Source of the DNA: an uncultured Candidatus Saccharibacteria bacterium
Lineage (GTDB): Bacteria; Patescibacteriota; Saccharimonadia; Saccharimonadales; 2-12-FULL-41-12
Direction of reading: 5' to 3'
DNA: 56,899 nucleotides
Assembly (NCBI GenBank): GCA_964540445.1
Contig: CAZIMF010000001.1
Coordinates: 1-56,899, forward strand
Shown here: piece after piece, positions 50,569 through 56,899 of the stretch
How the letters are laid out: every line of letters begins with the position of its first letter
Position numbering within the stretch: the first letter of the stretch is position 1
Position numbers and translations under genes: made by a program
The notes under the pieces: generated by a model
Database searches by the model: none
Told to the model about the DNA's origin: nothing
Seen by the model: only the letters and a program-made list of their open reading frames with translations

Positions 50569-50929
50569 CTCTGGCCGAGCTCAATCAAGCGCGATGGTCT
50601 CTCGTGCGTTTAAGCCAGCCTGAAAGGATAGGTGTTTTTTAAAATCTGCTCTTCATTACCTTCGCCTAGAAGTTTACTTCAAAATCTGAGTAAGGAAGCT
50701 CGTTCTTTCTATTTTTAAGATGTTGGTTGAAATACAAAATTAACACTTTAAAAATATTTTTAAGCACTTAAAAGTCTTGAATATGAAGTTAAAGGCAATG
50801 TTTATGATAAGAATTGTGCTGTAGCGCTTACATCAATATTGCTAGAGATGGAGCTAGATCCTGTGGTAATGCCGACGAAATGATAGCCGGCGTCCACGAA
50901 CTTCTAAAATTATAGTAAGCTGTAGATAT

Positions 50930-51499
50930 ATGGCTTTTGAGGATTATCAAACAAAGGACGCAGTAGTATTGGTATACACCGGTGAAGGCAAGGGTAAAAC
51001 CAGTGCCAGTCTTGGTTTGATGGCTCGAGCGCTGGGTAATCGTTGGGATGTGGCGTTTATTCAATTCATCAAGTACTGGGGAGTCAGTGAACATGTTTTT
51101 ATTCGCGATATTCAACCATTATACAAGGATCAGCTCTATTTTTATAAGGGTGGCAAGGGATTTTATGACGCTGGTGAGCTGAGCCCACAACACGTCACGC
51201 CAGCGCAGCATAAAGCAGCCGCCGCCGAAACCCTGGCCGAGGCGATGAAGGCCGCCAGCAGCGGGGAATACAACCTAGTCATTTGTGATGAGATAAATAA
51301 CGCTACCAATGAAGGCTTAATAACGGTCGCCGATCTAGAGCGATTGCTGGACGCCCGTGCGCCCACCACCAGTCTTTGCTTCACCGGCCGAAATTTTCCC
51401 AAAAAGCTACTCAATCGAGTAGATATTGCCACCGACATGACTAAAATCAAACATCACTTCGACGACAAATTCCTCGCAAACCCTGGCATCGACTATTAG
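50930..51499 (+). CDS. cobO: Cob(I)yrinic acid a,c-diamide adenosyltransferase (CobA/CobO/BtuR family)
   Basis: YTGEGKGKTSASLGLMARALG P-loop, FIQFIK, LVICDEIN. Confidence 0.88.
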   Translation: MAFEDYQTKDAVVLVYTGEGKGKTSASLGLMARALGNRWDVAFIQFIKYWGVSEHVFIRDIQPLYKDQLYFYKGGKGFYDAGELSPQHVTPAQHKAAAAETLAEAMKAASSGEYNLVICDEINNATNEGLITVADLERLLDARAPTTSLCFTGRNFPKKLLNRVDIATDMTKIKHHFDDKFLANPGIDY

Positions 51500-52249
51500 C
51501 TAACGAAGAGTAGATGGGTATGTTAACGCTTGGCGCGTGAACGAAGAGATTACTCGAGCCGGCAAGCCATTGCTAAAGTCATGCGCGGCAACGCGTTGGT
51601 CAAAATAACCAAGTGACAATGCCGTGTTTTGAACACTAATACTACCGATTGCTACACCTGTTTCTCTGCGTGTACGATAAAGGTTCTTAAGCATGCGCAT
51701 ATTTCTGACCTGAAAGATGTCTCTATCGAGTCCAGCGGAGACATACAGCGTAGCCCTACTAGTCGCAGGGCTATTATCGAGCACCGGCAGACAGGCGTCT
51801 TCACACGGAGGAAGCGTTTGAAGCTGTATACCATTAGTAACACCAGCGATTTCTTCCGGATCAGTTGTTGCAGCAATAACTTCAGCAACAAAAAATAAGT
51901 CCTTACCCTCTGATTGCATAATTGTTGCCATTTCAGCACAGAATTTTGGAACACTACGGGGTATCTCAAACTCCTCATGTAAGCCTGCAAGCTCGGGATC
52001 GATTTCTTCGTCAAGCTCTTCATCGTGCGGATGTTTAATTTTCAGATTCGCACCAACAACTGTTACTAAATCACCACTGCCAGGTCGTATAGCCACACCT
52101 ACGGCGCCAACCTCAAATTCACGATGAGATTCGGATTGCTCATAGGCCACATCACGAGCCAACTCAACATAGGATCCAAAATTAGCAATAAGATTGCGGT
52201 AGCCGGTTTGAATATCACCTTGCTCAAATTTACTTAATACATTGCTCAT
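51500..52249 (-). CDS. Divergent cytidine-deaminase-fold protein (249 aa)
   Basis: EFEVGAVGVAI...VVGANLK, FCAEM (CAE zinc/catalytic motif) and PPCEDAC (PCx3C), with an acidic insert and a C-terminal extension. Confidence 0.55.
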   Translation of the reverse strand: MSNVLSKFEQGDIQTGYRNLIANFGSYVELARDVAYEQSESHREFEVGAVGVAIRPGSGDLVTVVGANLKIKHPHDEELDEEIDPELAGLHEEFEIPRSVPKFCAEMATIMQSEGKDLFFVAEVIAATTDPEEIAGVTNGIQLQTLPPCEDACLPVLDNSPATSRATLYVSAGLDRDIFQVRNMRMLKNLYRTRRETGVAIGSISVQNTALSLGYFDQRVAAHDFSNGLPARVISSFTRQALTYPSTLR

Positions 52250-52277
52250 AAGTTATGTATTATATAACATTTTTGAC

Positions 52278-52985
52278 TTAGGGTCTAGAGCCTATGTGCA
52301 CCCACTGCGTTTTGCCCCACATAAGCGGATAATGGGTCATCCTAAAAATTCGCCTTGGAGAGATAGTAGCCTTCATAGCCTTACTAAAGCCGATACTACC
52401 ACCAGCCCGCTTAATATGTATTGATAAGTCCATATCCTCATGAACATCATTACGTAAGCACATCGAGTCTTTATGACCTTGCCAGAGTTCATTCCTCATA
52501 AACATATTCGATCCAAAAAGCGTATGATGACCTAAGAAAAGATAGCTACTCCAGAAGTAAACGACACGGTGCCCCCAGTACAGCATCATCTTGCCCCGCC
52601 AATCACGAAAGCTGCACGGTCCGGTATATGCTCGGTCTGACGGCATAGTAGCCGCCAAAGATTTAACGCTTTCTACCCAGTCAGGGCCAAGTTGCGTGTC
52701 TGCATCAATCCGGCCAATGAGATCTCCAGACGCTTTGTTGAAACCAGTATTTCGGGCATATACGATTCCTTGCCTGGGTTCTCTGACAACCGTCACAAAA
52801 TCATAGTTCCGAGCAATTTTTACCGTCTTATCGTTGCAGTTATTGTCAACCACAATTACTTCATCGGGTAAAACCGACTGACGAGCAATAGCATCCAAAC
52901 AAACAGCGATATAGTTTTCTTCGTTGTAAACTGGTATGATAATCGAAAGTGTTAATGCTTTTATAGCGTTAGGTTTTACAGGCAT
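52278..52985 (-). CDS. Glycosyltransferase family 2
   Basis: LSIIIPVYNEENYI, VIVVDNNCNDKT, GRIDADT. The Met at 52985 avoids overlap with the divergent gene. Confidence 0.88.
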   Translation of the reverse strand: MPVKPNAIKALTLSIIIPVYNEENYIAVCLDAIARQSVLPDEVIVVDNNCNDKTVKIARNYDFVTVVREPRQGIVYARNTGFNKASGDLIGRIDADTQLGPDWVESVKSLAATMPSDRAYTGPCSFRDWRGKMMLYWGHRVVYFWSSYLFLGHHTLFGSNMFMRNELWQGHKDSMCLRNDVHEDMDLSIHIKRAGGSIGFSKAMKATISPRRIFRMTHYPLMWGKTQWVHIGSRP

Positions 52986-53005
52986 ACCCCACAATCTTAG
53001 CAGTA

Positions 53006-54142
53006 ATGAAGAAACAAAGAAAAAGTCCATCCCAAAGCAAAAGAAAAGTCGCAAAAACGACTGGCCCGTTAAAAAATCTAAAAATTACGTGTACCGTACT
53101 TGGTCTAGTCTGGCCTAAAAACAAATGGGGCCGGCGAGTACTCATATCTGTTTTAAGTGTAGTGACTATATTTACTGCCTTAAATTATGTGGTGGCACGC
53201 ATCTATATTGCCCACCATAACAAAGAACCGTTTGTTTTTGGTGCGACATTCATACCAGACTACGCACGGTATTTAAACGTCGACCCAAAAGAGACTATGG
53301 ATGCAATGACGAATGAACTTGGCATACGACACTTCCGACTAGTAAGCTACTGGGACAATATTGAGGCGCAAAAAGGAACTTATAATTTTGATGAGCTTGA
53401 TTGGCAGTTTGCCAAAGCCGAGGCAAGCGGCTCGAAAGTTAGTTTAGCTATCGGGCTGCGTCAACCCCGTTGGCCTGAATGTCATGAGCCGGCATGGGCA
53501 AAAGGAAGGCCGGTAGCAGAATTTTATCCAGAGCTAAAACAGTATATGACTGCTGTGATTGAGCGCTATAAAACCAGCCCGGCCCTAGAAAGTTACCAAC
53601 TTGAGAATGAGTTCTTTTTATCGGTCTTTGGCGAATGCACCGATTTTAGCCGCGATCGCCTGGTTCAAGAATATGAAATGGTTAAAAAAATAGATTCTGC
53701 TCATCCTGTAATAGTCAGTCGCAGTAACAATATTGTTGGTATACCGCTGCGTGACCCACAGCCTGACCTGGCTGCCGTGTCGGTGTACAAACGGATATGG
53801 GATAAAGAATACACGTACCGATACATGGAATATCCGTTTCCGGCCTGGTTTTATTCTTCCCTCGCCGGCTGGGGCGAACTGTTAACAGGCAGGGATATGA
53901 TGATTCATGAGCTGCAGACCGAACCATGGTTGCCCGAAGAATACAGTATGCAAACTGCTCCAATTTCTGAATTTGATAAAACCTTAAGCCCTGAACGGCT
54001 AAAAGATCGGCTCGACTATGCCAAAGCAACCGGTATCAAGCGTATCGATCTGTGGGGCGTAGAGTGGTGGTACGCTCGTAAAGAAGCTCGTGGCGCTCCA
54101 AGCGTATGGGATACTGCAAAAGACGAACTATCAAAATACTAG
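53006..54142 (+). CDS. Membrane-anchored TIM-barrel glycoside hydrolase (clan GH-A, GH5/GH42-like)
   Basis: Basic N-terminus plus TM helix; RLVSYWDNIEAQKGTYNF, YQLENEFF (NE acid/base). Confidence 0.65.
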   Translation: MKKQRKSPSQSKRKVAKTTGPLKNLKITCTVLGLVWPKNKWGRRVLISVLSVVTIFTALNYVVARIYIAHHNKEPFVFGATFIPDYARYLNVDPKETMDAMTNELGIRHFRLVSYWDNIEAQKGTYNFDELDWQFAKAEASGSKVSLAIGLRQPRWPECHEPAWAKGRPVAEFYPELKQYMTAVIERYKTSPALESYQLENEFFLSVFGECTDFSRDRLVQEYEMVKKIDSAHPVIVSRSNNIVGIPLRDPQPDLAAVSVYKRIWDKEYTYRYMEYPFPAWFYSSLAGWGELLTGRDMMIHELQTEPWLPEEYSMQTAPISEFDKTLSPERLKDRLDYAKATGIKRIDLWGVEWWYARKEARGAPSVWDTAKDELSKY

Positions 54143-54729
54143 TTTCTTGTGTCTAAAATATAGACTTTATGCGTGAATACAAGATACGAACTCATGGCTC
54201 GCTCTGATTTTATGCGCACATTGCGTTCAGCAAAAAACTGTTTCCATTCTTTGTCAGTTTTATTATTGTGCGGGTGCCCGCGAAATTCCATATTGAGCAA
54301 GCTGTCAAACAAAAATGTCAGGCGTTTACGCAACCACGAGTCGTAGACATCTTCAATTATTACTATAGTTTTAGATACACGGGCGGTTTCATCAAAAAGT
54401 TGTTCGGCATTTTTGGCATGGTGTAACACTGTTATTAACAAGCCAACGTCGTAAGATTTGTTTTCAAAAGGGATATGATGTCCGTCAAATAGCAGAGGTT
54501 GCACGTTATTTTCCATACTTAAATTTTGAATATCAAGCGCCGTAACTGCATATCCCTCGTCGCTTAGCTGTTGCGCAATGTTGCAGACACCGGCTCCAAC
54601 ATCTAAAATTTTTGCTTTTTGAGGCAAGGCATCTTCGAAAAAAGAAGTTAAATAACGAGCCCTACTTCTGCCAAGCTTACACACGACGTTACGTAGTGGT
54701 GTAATTCTTTGAACCGCGTGAACAATCAT
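54139..54729 (-). CDS. Class I SAM-dependent methyltransferase
   Basis: ILDVGAGVCNIAQQL motif I, ALDI motif II. Confidence 0.85.
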   Translation of the reverse strand: MIVHAVQRITPLRNVVCKLGRSRARYLTSFFEDALPQKAKILDVGAGVCNIAQQLSDEGYAVTALDIQNLSMENNVQPLLFDGHHIPFENKSYDVGLLITVLHHAKNAEQLFDETARVSKTIVIIEDVYDSWLRKRLTFLFDSLLNMEFRGHPHNNKTDKEWKQFFAERNVRIKSERAMSSYLVFTHKVYILDTRN

Positions 54730-54759
54730 TTGAACAATTATAGCACTCGGTACAGCGGG

Positions 54760-55707
54760 CTAGCTTTGTCGGAGCAGGGTCCCAAGCAGTGGCGCAACAC
54801 GTGCTGGATTCGATTGTTCGTCGTTGTGGGTCGCCGTATCATGGCTTAGCCCAACTTTTATAGGAGTTACGTATGTTGTATCAATACCGGCGGCCACAAG
54901 TTGATGAAAGGCTTCTTGGATATGTGAATCTGGGTAGAGCGCATCGTTTGCATAACCAATCAACGCAATACGTGCCACGCCGGCTTGTTTAAATGGTTCT
55001 GGGTTAAAACCACTTTTTCTAGATAATTCCCAAACCTCACGAATGGTTCGTCTCATGCTGGCACGCATGTACTTAAAGCATGACTGTTCCATGTCACGGG
55101 CTTCATCATTAAACTGTTGAGGTCCGCGTGATTTCTCGGTCTTCATATTGCGCACATTACGCAGTGTCATCTTAAGCATGGACTCTTTGCTTGATATACC
55201 GCTAGGTGCTAGCATCGCCACCTGCGCACCCTCAAACACCGGATCACCGCTTTCAGCCATTTTTTGTACGACTAAACTGCCCATACTATGGGTCACGAAG
55301 TGAACGGTGCCTGTTCGACCGCTAATTTTATCAAGAATAGCGTGGTAATAGGTGGCTCGCGTTAAGAGTGCGTCTTGTTTTCCGGCAGCATTTTTTATAA
55401 TTGGACCGTCATAATAACCCGGGAGCACAACGTCAAACCCGGCCTGTGCCAGGGTAACCGCCAATGGCGCATTCGAAATAGGGTTCTCGCTAAAGCCAGG
55501 TACATAGAAAATTGTTTCTTTTACCTCAGTTGGCTTTGACGAATCTTCTTGCCCCTCAAACAGAGAATACTCTATCCCCGTATTGTTACCGTTTTCTAAA
55601 TACACAATATTGGGCTGCCGTAAGGCATCCATATGCTGCTCGGTTGCACCATGTTGATGGAGGTTGTTAACAAACTCTTGGCTTACTTCATGCCTCGGGT
55701 GTCTCAT
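54760..55707 (-). CDS. Alpha/beta hydrolase (esterase/lipase-like)
   Basis: FYVPGFSE, HFVTHSMGSLVV nucleophile elbow, C-terminal His region. Confidence 0.7.
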   Translation of the reverse strand: MRHPRHEVSQEFVNNLHQHGATEQHMDALRQPNIVYLENGNNTGIEYSLFEGQEDSSKPTEVKETIFYVPGFSENPISNAPLAVTLAQAGFDVVLPGYYDGPIIKNAAGKQDALLTRATYYHAILDKISGRTGTVHFVTHSMGSLVVQKMAESGDPVFEGAQVAMLAPSGISSKESMLKMTLRNVRNMKTEKSRGPQQFNDEARDMEQSCFKYMRASMRRTIREVWELSRKSGFNPEPFKQAGVARIALIGYANDALYPDSHIQEAFHQLVAAGIDTTYVTPIKVGLSHDTATHNDEQSNPARVAPLLGTLLRQS

Positions 55708-55766
55708 TTATTTTATTATAGCACAGATTGTAAATTTAGTCAATATGCTTCATACTAATACATCTG

Positions 55767-56225
55767 ATGAAGAACAATAAATCTCAGGTTAAGCGAATCA
55801 CCAATAAGCGCGCCAAATTTGATTACGATTTAGGCGATTCTATTGTGGCCGGCCTGGTTTTGACAGGGGCAGAAACAAAAGCTCTTCGATTAGGCCACGG
55901 TCACTTGCGCGGAGCGTACGTGGTCGTAAAAGGCGATGAGCTTTATTTATTAAATGCTACTATTACCGGTTTTAACGGGGTAACACTCGAGGAATCCGAA
56001 CAAACACGCAGCCGCAAGCTCCTTCTTAAACGCCGCGAAATCAATGATTTAGTGGCAGCAAAAAAACAAGGTAAAAGTATTATTCCGACCGAACTCCTTA
56101 CTCAGGGACGCTATATTAAGGTACGCATTTCAAGTGGTACTGGCCGCAAGCATTACGACAAGCGTGAAGTAATTAAAAAACGCGACCAAGACCGGGCAAA
56201 CCAGCAGGAGCTTAAAAGCCGCTAA
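55767..56225 (+). CDS. smpB: SsrA-binding protein SmpB
   Basis: NKRAKFDYDL, GAETKALR, SRKLLLKRREI, basic tail. Confidence 0.93.
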   Translation: MKNNKSQVKRITNKRAKFDYDLGDSIVAGLVLTGAETKALRLGHGHLRGAYVVVKGDELYLLNATITGFNGVTLEESEQTRSRKLLLKRREINDLVAAKKQGKSIIPTELLTQGRYIKVRISSGTGRKHYDKREVIKKRDQDRANQQELKSR

Positions 56226-56296
56226 GAATTTAATTAAAATTTAATATTTAGTGTGTAACATAAAGTTATGAGTACTCGCGCTAAAAAGATAGTCGT

Positions 56297-56617
56297 GTGT
56301 ATGCTGACAGAAAAGACTACCTAGTAGTTGCTGTTTTAAAACGAAGACGTGCTGTAAAATTAAAAGCTATTCAATATTTGGGCGGTTTCTGTAAATTATG
56401 TGGCTACAATAAGCATCCTGGTGTTCTAGACTTTCACCATATTGATCCTACGTCAAAGTTATTTGGGATAAGCAGCGGGGGACTTTCAAGATCATGGGAT
56501 AAAATCCAAAAAGAGCTAGATAAATGCATATTACTATGCGCAAACTGCCATAGAGAAGTAGAGCTTAGTGTAAGCAAGCTCCCATTGAGTGTTTACAGAA
56601 GTGATAGTAATAGTTAG
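56297..56617 (+). CDS. Small HNH endonuclease
   Basis: YLGGFCKLCGY...LDFHHIDP...KCILLCANCHREVE (CxxC...HH...CxxCH zinc/HNH core); GTG start. Confidence 0.8.
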   Translation: MYADRKDYLVVAVLKRRRAVKLKAIQYLGGFCKLCGYNKHPGVLDFHHIDPTSKLFGISSGGLSRSWDKIQKELDKCILLCANCHREVELSVSKLPLSVYRSDSNS

Positions 56618-56640
56618 AATAAGTGAGTTCACTAGAATGT

Positions 56641-56674
56641 TCCGGGGTAGCTCAGCGGTAGAGCGGGTGGCTGT
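56641..56674 (+). tRNA. 5' exon of an intron-containing tRNA (anticodon GU-, most like tRNA-Asn GUU)
   Basis: TCCGGGG-TA-GCTC-AGCGGTA-GAGC-G-GGTGG-CTGT parallels E. coli tRNA-Asn TCCTCTGTAGTTCAGTCGGTAGAACGGCGGACTGT. No anticodon-stem 3' strand follows within the window. Confidence 0.7.
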
Positions 56675-56899
56675 GAATACGCAGCTCTCGATGGCAACAT
56701 CGGGATGAAAATAGGGTGAATTGCGGGGAGCCTACGTGTGCAGTGCATATGGTAATCCGCAGCCAAGCCAAGGCTAGGTTAAAAGGCCTTGGAAGGTTCA
56801 GAGACTAGAGAGTGAGCCTAACAATAATCTCTCGGACAGCGCCCTACATCCCATGCGGATGATGATATAGTCCACGCCATTATGAAAATAATGAATACG
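56675..56899 (+). ncRNA. Group I intron in the tRNA anticodon loop; 3' end at or beyond the window edge
   Basis: P1 GCUGU/GCAGC with a U.G pair at the splice site. P2 cgatg-GCAA-catcg. P aattgcgggg (56719-28), Q aatccgcagc (56754-63), R gttcagagacta (56806-17), S gatatagtcc (56864-73). P3 tagggtg/cgcccta, P6 ccaaggc/gccttgg, P7 gacta/tagtc, P8 catcc/ggatg, P9 cattat-GAAA-ataatg. Confidence 0.9.

Noticed and set aside
50820-50929. Possible cobalamin riboswitch upstream of cobO
   Set aside because: I could find no B12 box (AGYCMGGAGACCKGCC-like) and no GGUG..AA.UCC / GCCACUG core elements, only short local hairpins.
53006-53054. Overlap of the listed GT2 ORF start with the divergent glycoside hydrolase gene
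   Set aside because: The first 23 codons of the GT2 ORF are Phe/Leu-rich read-through of the promoter region. The Met at 52985 precedes the conserved IIPVYNE core at the usual distance.

Overview
This is a 56.9-kb contig fragment from a small-genome bacterium. Dense operons with overlapping start and stop codons, many orphan membrane proteins and mid-40s % GC (judged by eye) fit a Patescibacteria/CPR, Saccharibacteria-like organism, but that placement is inference only. TGA is used as a stop codon, so the standard code 11 applies. Positions 8-39 are an Illumina adapter remnant. Housekeeping content: thyA, divergent from a tightly coupled pyrimidine/nucleotide operon (kinase, nucleotidyltransferase, HIT-Nudix fusion, extended dCMP deaminase, DHFR, Tmk-ThyX fusion); rplJ-rplL with an attenuator leader; dnaX-dnaB; ybaB-recR; a DHH phosphoesterase; cysS; an envelope block (AI-2E transporter, two GT4 genes, a hydrolase, an M15B peptidase); malic enzyme; pgi-GH10-pgl-zwf; tsaC; trehalase; a UvrD-type helicase-nuclease; a complete F1Fo ATP synthase operon; cobO; GT2, GH and methyltransferase genes; and smpB. 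tRNA-Gln(UUG) is followed by an accessory-looking segment (24.2-29.2 kb). Most notable findings: (1) a tRNA, probably Asn-GUU, whose anticodon loop is interrupted by a textbook group I intron (P, Q, R, S elements and P1-P9 are readable) that runs off the contig, with a free-standing HNH endonuclease just upstream; (2) a consensus promoter plus about 177-nt leader with mutually exclusive terminator/antiterminator helices in front of an orphan gene, which is a candidate new riboswitch or attenuator; (3) the unusual composition of the nucleotide operon, with ThyA, ThyX and DHFR in one locus; (4) an 18-nt duplication of the tRNA-Gln 3' end flanking the accessory segment, which carries a flavin monooxygenase/GNAT pair and a protein with six 22-residue repeats; (5) a conserved 45-nt intergenic hairpin present twice.
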